A stretch of DNA of 64,000 bases from Chloroflexota bacterium (lineage in GTDB: Bacteria; Chloroflexota; UBA11872; VXOZ01), in NCBI GenBank assembly GCA_963662335.2, contig CAXXVD010000002.1, positions 448,001 through 512,000 of the forward strand, given 5' to 3'. The stretch's first letter is position 1. Each line of letters starts with the position of its first letter. The translations under genes were made by a program, and so were the position numbers. The notes under the pieces are model-generated. The model made no database searches and was not told where the DNA came from. It was given only the letters and a program-made list of their open reading frames with translations. Shown here piece by piece: positions 8,784 to 18,749 of this stretch.

Positions 8784-9032
8784 AAAGAGAAGATGAATTC
8801 CCGCGAAGGGGAATTCACCATGATCGGACAACAGCCACATTAGAGAATGAAGATGAACCGTTCTTTGTCCGTCATTCCCGCGAAAGCGGTAATCCATCTT
8901 CGCCGCGCCCGCAGTGGATTACCGCTTTCGCGGGAATGACGGATACCATCGCGCTACATTCATCGTATTTGCGAAATCGTAGCGCGGGGGCTTGTCCCCC
9001 GCAGCAGCGGGAGCGCGGCACGAGAGCAAGGC

Positions 9033-11030
9033 ATGGCCACAACGGCAACAACAAACGCGGCAACGCGGGCCGAGGCCCGCGTGCGCGAAACGCGCTACAC
9101 CCACGGCGAGGTCGTGGCGCTGGCGCGGCTGATTCTGCGCGACGCGCGCCTGAACGTCGTTGCGGGCAGCGAGTGGGCCTACAGCGCCCGCGGCCACACC
9201 CTCGCGTACCCGTCGCGGGTGCTGGACACCTGGCCCGGCACCAGCGTCGTCGGCGCGATCTGCCAGCAGATGGCGGAAGCGCGGCACACCGGCGTCATGG
9301 GTGAGCGGGCACTCCAGAGCTTTGCCCGCATCGCGCCACTGGACTTCGGCGCCGTCATGCCGTTCGCGCGTTTCGTCAACGAACTGCGCGTCAACCGCAT
9401 GCACCTGGAGCGGCACCCCGGCTCGGCGCGTTTCCTGCGGGCGCTCTACGCCGACAATCCCCAGTGGGCGTCGGCCCGGCGGCGCAGCACGCCCTTGCGG
9501 GAACAGGTGGAGCAGGGCTTGCTGGCGCGCTGGCTCCAAGAGGTGTGGCCGGAGCGCGCGCGCCCGCCGCGGGTTGGCGGCGCAGCGCACCGCTACGTGG
9601 AGGCGCTGTGGCCCGGCGTGCGCGACGCGCTGCTGCGGGACTCCATGCCGCAGATGTTGGACGTGCTCGCGCGGCGGATGCTGCCGATTCTGGACGAACT
9701 GGTGGCGGAAGACGACCGGCGCGCCCGCCAGCGGCCCGAGACCGAACGGCCTACGCCCGAAGAAGACGCGAGCGCCGAGGACGAAGCCGAGGCCCTGGGT
9801 GAGTTGCGCATCGAAACGGTCGTGGCTGAGGCCGGTTCAGCCGCCGCCCGGCCAGAATCCGGCGAGCGGCAAGATTCCGCCGATTCCAGGTCCGATTCCG
9901 AGCCGGAGCCAGGCTCAGCGGCTGAAGACGGCGGCCCGGCCAAGGTGGAGAGCAGCCCCCACGAGCAGGCCGAATTGCGCGACGACGCCGAGCCGGGCGC
10001 GCAGCCGCAATCCCGTCCCCAAGGCCCGCCGCGCCTGATCGACCCGCGCATGTTCAAGGCGCGTCCCGGCCAACTCACGCCCATGCCGCGCACCATCGTG
10101 CAGGGGCTGGGCGAGCGGCCGGCCGCGCCCAAGACCGACTACGAGAACTTCGACTACCGCGCGGCCGTGCGGCGGCTGGAACCGGCCATCCGGCGCTCGC
10201 TGGACGGCGAGGCCGGACGGAAGGGCCTCAAGGAGATCATGATGCGCCGCCGCTTTGGCACCCTGGAACCGGGGCGGCGTCCCCGCCGGCGGCGCGGCGG
10301 CGACAGCGGCGAGATCGACACCGACCACGTGGAGCGCCTGGTCGTCGCGCCGGAACAAGCCTTCCTCAAGGGCGTGCGCGCGCCGCGGGCGGACCACCAG
10401 AAGGACTTTGCCGCTATCATCCTCATAGACGTCAGCGGCAGCATGGTGGCCAAGGGCTACTCGACGCGCAAGTTCGACCACACCGTGAACGCCGCGATCA
10501 TCTTCAGCGAGATCCACGAGCGGCTGCGCATTCCCTACCAGATGATGGCGTTCTCCGAGGAGGTCTGGCGGCTGCGGACGTTCGAAGAATGCGCGTTCGC
10601 GACGCAGGTGGTGGCGAACGAGCGCACCTACACGCCCAAAGACCTGAGCGGCGTCTTTCGCGCCATGTACGAGCAGCCGCACAAGAAGACGGACGACGCC
10701 GGCGCCGTGCGCCAGGCGGTGGCGGACGTGCAGCAGCAGAAGGGATTCAAGACTATACTGGTCTTAACGGACGGCATCTCCTCCAACCGGCGGAAGTTGC
10801 AGGAGGTGCTGCTGCGCGTGGAGCGGCGCAACGGGATGGTCGGCGCCGGCGACGCGCTGGGCATCATCGTCTTCGGCATCGGCGTGCCGGGCGACGCGCT
10901 GAGCGAATCCTACGTGGCGCAGGCCGACGGCAAATTCCTGCGCTGCCTGCAAACGGTGGTGGTGCCCGACGTGTCCCGGCTGCCGCGCATGATACAGACG
11001 ACGATCGAGCGCCGCATCCGCGGCGTATAG
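9033..11030 (+). CDS. VWA-domain protein (CobT/NorD-like architecture) with acidic linker
   Basis: MIDAS IDVSGSM ... T ... LTDG; E/D/P-rich linker; N-terminal helical domain. Confidence 0.88.
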   Translation: MATTATTNAATRAEARVRETRYTHGEVVALARLILRDARLNVVAGSEWAYSARGHTLAYPSRVLDTWPGTSVVGAICQQMAEARHTGVMGERALQSFARIAPLDFGAVMPFARFVNELRVNRMHLERHPGSARFLRALYADNPQWASARRRSTPLREQVEQGLLARWLQEVWPERARPPRVGGAAHRYVEALWPGVRDALLRDSMPQMLDVLARRMLPILDELVAEDDRRARQRPETERPTPEEDASAEDEAEALGELRIETVVAEAGSAAARPESGERQDSADSRSDSEPEPGSAAEDGGPAKVESSPHEQAELRDDAEPGAQPQSRPQGPPRLIDPRMFKARPGQLTPMPRTIVQGLGERPAAPKTDYENFDYRAAVRRLEPAIRRSLDGEAGRKGLKEIMMRRRFGTLEPGRRPRRRRGGDSGEIDTDHVERLVVAPEQAFLKGVRAPRADHQKDFAAIILIDVSGSMVAKGYSTRKFDHTVNAAIIFSEIHERLRIPYQMMAFSEEVWRLRTFEECAFATQVVANERTYTPKDLSGVFRAMYEQPHKKTDDAGAVRQAVADVQQQKGFKTILVLTDGISSNRRKLQEVLLRVERRNGMVGAGDALGIIVFGIGVPGDALSESYVAQADGKFLRCLQTVVVPDVSRLPRMIQTTIERRIRGV

Positions 11031-11045
11031 AGCGAGAAGGAGCGT

Positions 11046-11819
11046 GTGGTGAGGCCCGGTATTCAACACTACGCAAACGACAACCTGCCGTGGGGCATCC
11101 GTGCGGCGCTCCTGGTGTGGCTGCTGTGGCTTGTGCTGGCGCACCTCTGCCGGGCGCTGCTCGACTTCTACACGGCATTCGCGCCGCTGCGCTTTCTGGC
11201 CGACGCGAGCCCCCAGACGCTGCGCGGCACCAGTTTCTCCCCCGGCGTCTTGGTTGCCGCCGTGTTGCTGCTGCCCGCGCTGCTCGCCGCCGGTATTGCC
11301 TTTCGCCTGGTTGCCGCCCGCTACCCGGGCGCGCCCTTGCAGGCGCTGGCGTTCACGCGGCTCAATCCGGTGTGGGTGCTGGCGGCCGTGGTGCTGCTGG
11401 GGGTGCTGCTGACGTTTCTGCTGCGGCTCGCCCTGGGGTGGTCGGGCTACCCCCTGCCGCTGCTGGAAGCGCCCGCCGGCTACTTCTCCCTGCTCGATGC
11501 GCTCGCCTACGGCGTGAGCGTGCCGCTGACGGCGCTGCTGGCGGGGGTGCTGGTCTTTGGGTTCTGCTATCCGGTGCTGGTGGCGCGCTTGGGCCTCTGG
11601 GCCGGCGGCTTGGCGTGCGCCGTCTGCTTCGCGCTGCCGCAGCTTGCCGCGCAAGGCGTCTACTGGCAACCGGCGGCGGCCCTGCTGGTCATGGGCGTCT
11701 ACCTGACGGCGGTGCGGGCGCGCACGGAATCGGCCTACACCGCGACGCTCGGCTATACCGGCGTTGCTATCTACCTGGCGCTGTCGGCAGTGGTGGCGGA
11801 GCTAGCCGCGGCCGCTTAG
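11046..11819 (+). CDS. Multi-pass membrane protein, CPBP/Abi-like with degenerate motifs
   Basis: About 7-8 hydrophobic segments. The C-terminal ..YLTAVRARTES.. pattern is CPBP-like, but EExxxR, FxxxH and HxxxN are absent. Confidence 0.6.
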   Translation: MVRPGIQHYANDNLPWGIRAALLVWLLWLVLAHLCRALLDFYTAFAPLRFLADASPQTLRGTSFSPGVLVAAVLLLPALLAAGIAFRLVAARYPGAPLQALAFTRLNPVWVLAAVVLLGVLLTFLLRLALGWSGYPLPLLEAPAGYFSLLDALAYGVSVPLTALLAGVLVFGFCYPVLVARLGLWAGGLACAVCFALPQLAAQGVYWQPAAALLVMGVYLTAVRARTESAYTATLGYTGVAIYLALSAVVAELAAAA

Positions 11820-12235
11820 CCGTCCCGCAAGAGACTGCGGCCCGTGGCGGCGGCGACGATTGCGTACAGCGGATCGATGACCGACCACATGACCAGATAG
11901 GGCATCTGCTGCACGTCGGCTTCCAAGGTCAGGAAGTCGAACCAATTCCAAAAGAACCACAAGGCCAGCAGAATGGCGGCCCACTTGGCGGCGTTGGCCG
12001 CCAGTGACGCGGCGGCCCCGGCCTCAGAATCCGCGGCCTGCTCCGCCGCCAACCCGCGGCGCACGTTCACCACCACGGCAACCACGATGCCCAACGCCAT
12101 GAACCAATCCAAGACGCTCCACACCGCGATGGGGTCGAGCGCGTCGCGGTAGAACGGGCTGAATACGAAGTGCACCGCCACAACGAGGGCGCTGCCGAGC
12201 AAGTATATGCCTAAGGGTTTCCGTGCGGCGTCCAT
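11816..12235 (-). CDS. Hypothetical 4-TM membrane protein
   Basis: Hydrophobic ORF with RBS AAAGGA before MDAARKP. Confidence 0.7.
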   Translation of the reverse strand: MDAARKPLGIYLLGSALVVAVHFVFSPFYRDALDPIAVWSVLDWFMALGIVVAVVVNVRRGLAAEQAADSEAGAAASLAANAAKWAAILLALWFFWNWFDFLTLEADVQQMPYLVMWSVIDPLYAIVAAATGRSLLRDG

Positions 12236-12311
12236 GCGCGTATCCTTTCTCCGGCTGCAACCTGAACTCCTAACGAATGACATTCATCCCGTAGCGCGGG
12301 GGCTTGTCCCC

Positions 12312-12472
12312 AATGCTGTCGCATTAAACTCAAATGGCGATGTGAACCACGCCTCGCATCTCCGGTAGCGCAGGTTTGTAACCTGCGAATCTTGCAGGTC
12401 AATCCTTAGCGTACCAGTTTCAATGGCTCCGGCGGGGGACAAGCCCCCGCGCTACGTTAATGCGACAACATT
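12312..12472. mobile_element. MITE-like element with 16-bp TIRs carrying two REPs (related copies ~17778-17921, 20463-20605, 30427-30569)
   Basis: AATGCTGTCGCATTAA ... TTAATGCGACAACATT; the internal layout is conserved across four copies. Confidence 0.7.
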
Positions 12473-12560
12473 TGGGCTTGTCCCCCGCCCGGCGCCGGGC
12501 CGGATTTCCTGATGGATTCCCGCTTGCCCGGGAATGGCAGACTCTGGCGCGGCGGGAGCG

Positions 12561-14966
12561 TTAGCAGCGGGAGTAGCCGCAGACCAGGCATTTCTCGCAG
12601 CCTTCCTCGTAGACCACGCCGGCCGCGCCGCAATCCGGGCAGATCTCGCCGTGGCGCGCCTCGCGGGTTGGGGCTTCCGCCTGCGCCCCCGGCTGCAAGC
12701 CCAGTTGCACCACCGACGCCTCCTCGGCGGCGCCGTTCGCGCCGGTGGGAATCTCGTAGATCTCGGCAATCACCTGCGCGATGGCGTCCGGCACCGAGAG
12801 CACGCGGTTGGGGCCGATGCCCATCACGTCCAGGGAGCCGATGCCGCGCAGGTGCTTGTAGTGCTCCTTGATCGGCACGCCGCTGCGCAGGCCGAGCGTA
12901 ATCGAGCGCGCCAGCGCCTCCAGATAGGCCTGGTCGGCGGTGCCGGCCTTGCCCAGCGTCAGGAAGATCTCGATTGGCCGCCGTTCCTCGCCGTCGCCGT
13001 CGTGGTTGATGGTCACGTAGAGGTCGCCCCGCGCCGTGACCTTCTTCACGGTCACGCCGGAGACCACGGCCGGGCGTTTGCGCGGGTGCATGGCTACCGG
13101 CACGGCCGGGCCGCGCGGCTGCTCTGTGTCTGCGGCTTTTTCACCAGCCTCTTCCTTCTTCTCCTCCACGCGGGAGAGCACCGGCGTGCGCGAACCGTCG
13201 CGGAAGAACGTGATGCCCTTGCAGCCCAGGTCGTAAGCCAGGGTGTAGAGCTTCTCCACGTCCGCTACCTCGTAGGAATTCGGCGCGTTCACGGTTTTGG
13301 AAATGCTGGAGTCGGTGAATTCCTGCACGATTGCCTGTACGCGCACGTGGTCTTCCGGCCGCAGGTCGTTGCTGCTGGCGAAGTAGTCCGGCACAGGCTC
13401 GCCCGCGTGGGCGTCCTGCCACTCCTTGAAGAGCGGGTGGTAGAGAATGTGCTCGCCGGTGCGATCCACGCGCTTCATGGCAAAGTCGAAGACCGGCTCG
13501 ATGCCGCTGGAAACGCCGGAGAGCAGCGAGGTGGTGCCGGTGGGCGCTTGGGTGAGCAGCACGCCGTTGCGGACGCCGTGCGCGGCAATCTGCGCTTGCA
13601 GCGCGGCCGGCAATTGGCGGATGAAGTCGCCCTGCAGGAACTTCTCAGAATCGAAGTGCGGAAACGGCCCTTTCTCCTGGGCGATTTCAACCGACGCGCT
13701 GTAGGACGCGTCGCGGATGGTGCGGTAGATGCGCTCGACCACCGGCATCGACTCCGCGCTGCCGTAACGCACTTTCAGCTTGATGAGCGCGTCGGCCAGC
13801 CCCATGGTGCCCAGGCCCGTGCGGCGCGTGCCGTGGCGCTGCTGGCGCTCGTTGTCGGCGATGAAGTAGGGCGTGGCGTCGATGACGTTATCCAGGAAGC
13901 GGATGGCGACTTTGGACGTCTCGGCCAGCAGGTCGTAGTCCATCGCGCCGTCGCGCACGAACGCCGAGAGATTGATCGCGCCCAGATTGCAGACGCCCCA
14001 TTCGGGCAGACCCTGCTCGCCGCAGGGGTTCACGCAGCGGATTTGCTCGAAGTACCAGGTGTTGGAACGCTTCTGGTAGCGCTCCATGAAGACCAGGCCG
14101 GGCTCCGCTGAGCGCCAGGCGGCCTCGCAAATCTTCTGCCACATCTCCCGCGCCTTGACCGTGCGCTGGACGGTGACGGCCTTGCCCCGCGCGCGCCACG
14201 CGGCCAGATCGCCGTTCCAGACCTCGTCGTACTCCGGGTCGGTGGTGTCCGGAAAGACCAACTCCCAGTCGCCGTCGGCTTTCACCGCCTCCATGAAGCT
14301 ATCCGAGGCGCAAATGGAGAGGTTGGCGTGGTTGATGCGGGTGAGGTCGGTCTTGACCGTGATGAATTCCTCGATGTCCGGGTGCCAATCGTCCAGCATG
14401 AGCATGAGCGCGCCGCGGCGGGAGCCGCCCTGCTGGATGACGTCGCCGGTGGCCACCGAGTACAACTCGCCCCACGAGCACGGCCCGCTGGCGGTGCCGT
14501 TCACGGACCGGATATAGGAACCGCGCGGCCGTAAGCTGGAAAGATTAATGCCCACGCCGCCGCCGCGCGCCATGATCTCGGTCATGACGCTCAGGTTCTC
14601 CAGAATCCCGCCGCGGCTGTCGTGCGGCGAGGGGATGACGTAGCAGTTGTAGAAGGTGACCTCATGCCCCGTGCCGGCGCCGGCCAGGATGCGGCCCCCC
14701 GGCACGAACTTGAAGTCCCGCAGCGCGTGGTAGAATCTTTCTTCCCACGCGGGGCGGATCGGCTCTTCTTCTACGGCGGCAATGCCCCGGGCCACCCGCC
14801 GCCACATCTGCTCCGGATACTCCTCCAATGCCGCGCCGGTCTCGTCCTTGAACGAATAGCGGTCGGCAAAGACCTTCTGCCGGATGCCGTCGAGCATAGT
14901 GCCGTCTGCTACGTGGGCGACGGGCTGCCCGTTGGCGCTCTTGCCGTTGGTGTGAATGACTGCCAT
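12561..14966 (-). CDS. nrdJ: Class II (adenosylcobalamin-dependent) ribonucleotide reductase with TSCPD domain and C-terminal Zn ribbon
   Basis: FVPGGRIL, NCYV, GGGVGINLS, QQGGSRRGA, NPCGEQ, CNLG, APTGTTS, SISKTVN; CPDC..CEKCLVCGYSRC. Confidence 0.95.
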   Translation of the reverse strand: MAVIHTNGKSANGQPVAHVADGTMLDGIRQKVFADRYSFKDETGAALEEYPEQMWRRVARGIAAVEEEPIRPAWEERFYHALRDFKFVPGGRILAGAGTGHEVTFYNCYVIPSPHDSRGGILENLSVMTEIMARGGGVGINLSSLRPRGSYIRSVNGTASGPCSWGELYSVATGDVIQQGGSRRGALMLMLDDWHPDIEEFITVKTDLTRINHANLSICASDSFMEAVKADGDWELVFPDTTDPEYDEVWNGDLAAWRARGKAVTVQRTVKAREMWQKICEAAWRSAEPGLVFMERYQKRSNTWYFEQIRCVNPCGEQGLPEWGVCNLGAINLSAFVRDGAMDYDLLAETSKVAIRFLDNVIDATPYFIADNERQQRHGTRRTGLGTMGLADALIKLKVRYGSAESMPVVERIYRTIRDASYSASVEIAQEKGPFPHFDSEKFLQGDFIRQLPAALQAQIAAHGVRNGVLLTQAPTGTTSLLSGVSSGIEPVFDFAMKRVDRTGEHILYHPLFKEWQDAHAGEPVPDYFASSNDLRPEDHVRVQAIVQEFTDSSISKTVNAPNSYEVADVEKLYTLAYDLGCKGITFFRDGSRTPVLSRVEEKKEEAGEKAADTEQPRGPAVPVAMHPRKRPAVVSGVTVKKVTARGDLYVTINHDGDGEERRPIEIFLTLGKAGTADQAYLEALARSITLGLRSGVPIKEHYKHLRGIGSLDVMGIGPNRVLSVPDAIAQVIAEIYEIPTGANGAAEEASVVQLGLQPGAQAEAPTREARHGEICPDCGAAGVVYEEGCEKCLVCGYSRC

Positions 14967-15089
14967 TGCTGGGATCTCCTTGCGTCAGTGGATTGGCAGA
15001 GTGAACGAAGGTGCGCGCAGAAGAGGGATGCGCTCAAGACTCGCGTATGCGCAATGCGGCGTAGCGGCGCTGCTCAAAATGCTGCGTGC

Positions 15090-15143
15090 TCAATATATCT
15101 TGTTGTAGTGGAGATTATAGATAACAAGATATGGGGGCGTCAA
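15090..15143 (-). promoter_or_regulatory. nrdJ promoter with tandem NrdR boxes
   Basis: Boxes TCAATATATCTTGTTG (15090-15105) and TAACAAGATATGGGGG (15122-15137), 32 bp apart. Minus-strand TTGACG-N18-TATAAT overlaps them. Confidence 0.85.
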
Positions 15144-15503
15144 GGGATATAGGCGCGTTTTGCCAGGATTTTTGCGGTTTGGCAATTAAGACAGCGAGAC
15201 AGCCGAAGGCGTTCAAACGAGGGGTGTATACAGCATAGCACACCTGCCGGAGCCGATGCTAGGTTACGCGCCGGTGCGCCGGCACTGCGGCTGTTGCTGC
15301 CATAACTCCCATCCTGCTACATTGGGTACAGCCTCAGCTTGCCACCACTAGCCTGCTTTGACGACACGCCCTAATTCCCGAAGCGCCCCGGCTGCCGCGC
15401 CAAAGACGTATACTGTTCACGTGGACGCCTGCCATCGCTTGCGGCTCCCAGCGCAAGGCGCCGCCCGTAGACCCGCTACCGCAAAGGAGAACGCACACCC
15501 GCC

Positions 15504-17706
15504 ATGCCACCGGAATACGATGCAGCGACGTTGCGCGAATACTGCGGCACGGTCGCATTGACGCCCACCGGCGACGTGGCGGCCGGCTCGTGGGGCACGT
15601 GGACGTTCACCTTTACCGTTGGGACGTACGGCATGGACGACCGTTCCAACCTGCGCCTGGTGATGCGGGGCGTCTGCGACTGGGGCAAACCGAATTTCAC
15701 CGATCCCGCCGCGCCGAACTACTGCCGCGTCCACACCGACGGGAACGCCGAATTGCGGGTGCACTTCGACCCGGAAAACCACGTGCGGCCCTGGCGGCGC
15801 ACCATCCACGTGCACGTGCACGATGGCACCCTTAAGGCAGGCGAGCACATCTGGATCGTGCTGGGAGACCAATCCGGCGGCAGCCCCGGCAGCCAGGCGC
15901 AGACGTTCGTGGAACGCACCTTCGAGTTCAAGTTCTTTGCCGACAACTTCGGCACGCTGCAATTCCGCGAACTGCCCGACGCGCCGGTGGTGCGCATCGC
16001 GGCGGGACCGGTGGCGCATCTGGTGGCGCAAGCGCCGAGCATGGCGGCGATGGGAGAAGAATTCGACGTGCTCGTGCGCGCCGACGACGCCTGGGGCAAT
16101 ACGGCGGACGGCTTTCGCGGCGCGGTCGGCCTCTATCTGCCCCATCAGGCGGAGCCGCTGGCGCGCCACACGTTCAGCGCGGAGGACGGCGGGATCCACC
16201 GCTTCACCGGCCTGACGATTCAAGAGACCGGCATTATCCGCCTGGAAGCGCGCAGCACAAAGCCGGCGTTCAGCGTTCGCAGCAATCCCATCCACGTGCA
16301 GGCGGACGCGCCCGCCGTGCGCCTCTACTGGGGCGACATGCACGCCCAGACCGAGGAGACCGTGGGCACCGGCAGCCCGGACGAGTACTTTACCTACGCC
16401 CGCGACCACGCCGGCGTGGACTTCCTGGGCATCCAGGGCAATGATTTTCAAATTACCGCTGAATTCTGGTATGAGTTACAAGAAATCGTGAAGCGCTACA
16501 ACGACCCCGGCCGTTTTCTCACGCTGCTCGGCTACGAGTGGTCCGGCAACCATCCGGCCGGCGGCGACCACAACGTGCACTTTCTCGGCGATGAAGGCCC
16601 GCTGCACCGCTCGTCCCACTGGCAGGTACCGGGGGACCCGGGGCCGTGGGAAGACACGTGCCCGGTCTCGAAACTGGTTGACCTCTACCGCGGGCGGGAC
16701 GACGTCTTTCTGATTCCCCACATCGGCGGGCGGCGCGCGAACCTCGACTACTTTGACTCAGAGGTCATGCCCCTCATCGAGATTGCCTCGGCCCACGGTT
16801 GGTTCGAGTGGGTCTGGCAGGAGGCGCTGGCGCGCGGCTATATCACCGGCTTTGCGGCCGGCAGCGACGACCACACAGGACGTCCCGGCACCAGCCGCCC
16901 TACAAACGGCGGCATGTTCGGCGTGCGCGGCGGCTTGCTCGGCACGTACGCGCCGGCGCTCCAGCGCCGCTCGATCTGGGACGCCATCCGCGCCCGGCAT
17001 ACGTTCGCCTCCACCGGCGCGCGCATGATTCTGCACGTGACCGCCGACGGACACCCGATGGGCGAGGTTTTTTTGTAACACCAATCCGCCGGTGTTAAGC
17101 GTGCAAGTGGCCGGTACCGCCCCGCTGGAGAAAGTGGAGGCGCTGCGCGGCACGGAGGTGGTCTACTCTCATCCCCTCGTGGAGCGGGAAAGCGGCCTCC
17201 CGCGCAAGATTCGCGTCGGCTGGCGCGGCGCGCGCGTGAAAGACCGCACCCGCCGCCTGCGCTGGGACGGCAGCCTGCGCGTGGAGAACGGCCGCATCCT
17301 GGCGGCTAAGGGCTGGGCCTTCGACGACCCCACGGAAGGCATCGTGGAGTGGAACGAAGAGAGCGTGCGCTGGGTCTCGCAGACCTCCGGCGACTGGGAC
17401 GGCGTGGCGCTGGAAATTGCCGGTGATGCCGAGACCACGCTTCACTTCACGTCCGCGCCCGCCACTTTTGCGGTGCGGCTAGACGAACTCGCCGCTGGCA
17501 GCGAAATCGTGCGCCCCGGCAGCACCGGCGTCGGCAGCGAAGTCCGTATCAGCCACGACCATGAGGAGCGCGCGCCCTATGACGTCGCCTTCACGTTCCA
17601 AGACCCGCAACCGCTGCAAAGAGACCTTACCCCCTATTTCGTCCGCGTCACCCAATACGACGGCGAGATGGCCTGGTGCAGTCCGGTGTTTGTAAAGAAG
17701 GCGTAG
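15504..17706 (+). pseudogene. DUF3604/PHP-like metallohydrolase split by a frameshift at a T7 run (ORFs 15504-17078 and 17092-17706)
   Basis: YWGDMHAQT, GYEWSGN..GGDHNV, IPHIGGR, GSDDHTGRPG, YFVRVTQYDGEMAWCSP. Deleting one T at 17068-17074 fuses the two ORFs. Confidence 0.8.
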
Positions 17707-17954
17707 ACGCGCCTCACGTGCACGATCAAGCGGGTTGGTATTGTCATCCTAGACACGAAGAGGCGGGGGACAAGCCCTAATGGTGTTGCATTAAACGTAA
17801 TGGCAATGAGAATCACGTCTCACATCTCCGGTAACGCAGATTTACAATTCACGGCGCTGTAGGGTCAATCCTTTGCACGTCCTTTTTTCTTGCTCCGGCG
17901 GGGGACAAGCCCCCGCGCTACGCAGTCACGTGTCTTGACTAAGCGCAGATCTCC

Positions 17955-18725
17955 ATGCCGTATCCAAACTTCCCCAACAAACACCGTGAAGCGGCGCTTA
18001 TCACGCCGCAAGCTGCCGTTGCGCACTTGGTGACCGAGGAGCCGCCTCTGCCGTATCCGGATGCCGTGATCTTCTGCTATCAGTCTTCCTTGCTGGCGCA
18101 TATCCTCGAGCAGCATGAGACCATTAGTCCTGGGCGGGGAAGTTACCGCCATCTACATTGGCTCGCGGAAACGGAAAACCGCGTCGCCGTCGCCGGTGGC
18201 TTTGGTGTAGGCGCGCCCGCGGTGGTGCTGGCGCTGGAAGCGCTGATCGTGCAGGGTGTCCGCCGCTTTCTTTCAATTGGCACGGCGGGCAGTTTGCAGC
18301 GGCACGTCGCCATTGGCGACATCGTCGTCTGCGACCGGGCGATCCGGGATGAAGGCACGTCGCACCACTACGTGCCGCCGGAAAAGTACGCCCAGGCTTC
18401 GCCCGCCATGACCGCCCGGTTGGTCGAGGCGCTACAGGACGCGGACATCGCGCATACCGTCGGCACGAGTTGGACCATTGACGCGCCGTACCGCGAGACC
18501 GTCACGGAAGTGCGGCGCTATCAGGCCGAGGGTGTGCTGACCGTCGAGATGGAAGCCGCGGCGCTCTTTGCGGTGGCGGCCTATCGCGGCGTGGAGATGG
18601 GATCACTCCTGACGATCAGCGACTCCCTGGCGGACCTCACCTGGGAGCCGCACTTCCGCTCCGACACCACGCGCGTCGGATTGGAAACGCTCTACCGCGT
18701 GGCGCTCCAGGCGCTTGCGGGCTAA
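17955..18725 (+). CDS. Nucleoside phosphorylase (PNP_UDP_1 family)
   Basis: GVGAP, IGTAGSL, AIRDEGTSHHY, WTIDAPYRET, VEMEAAAL. Confidence 0.9.
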   Translation: MPYPNFPNKHREAALITPQAAVAHLVTEEPPLPYPDAVIFCYQSSLLAHILEQHETISPGRGSYRHLHWLAETENRVAVAGGFGVGAPAVVLALEALIVQGVRRFLSIGTAGSLQRHVAIGDIVVCDRAIRDEGTSHHYVPPEKYAQASPAMTARLVEALQDADIAHTVGTSWTIDAPYRETVTEVRRYQAEGVLTVEMEAAALFAVAAYRGVEMGSLLTISDSLADLTWEPHFRSDTTRVGLETLYRVALQALAG

Positions 18726-18749
18726 ATCCGGCTAGAGCCAGACAAGCGC

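Noticed and set aside
6230-11030. Cobaltochelatase CobS/CobT or CbbQ/CbbO assignment
   Set aside because: The double-AAA architecture, non-canonical Walker B and absence of cobN or rubisco neighbours do not support a specific symbol.
12534-14111. Long antisense or alternate-frame ORFs (also 616-1758, 3285-4616, 20738-22927, 21807-23507, 28508-30253, 37539-39167, 40808-42820)
   Set aside because: These are shadow ORFs of well-supported genes in high-GC DNA; they are Arg/Ala/Pro-rich and lack motifs.
14967-15500. Cobalamin riboswitch upstream of nrdJ
   Set aside because: No recognisable B12-box or GGGAA..GCCCCCGC core was seen; the short leader is explained by NrdR boxes.
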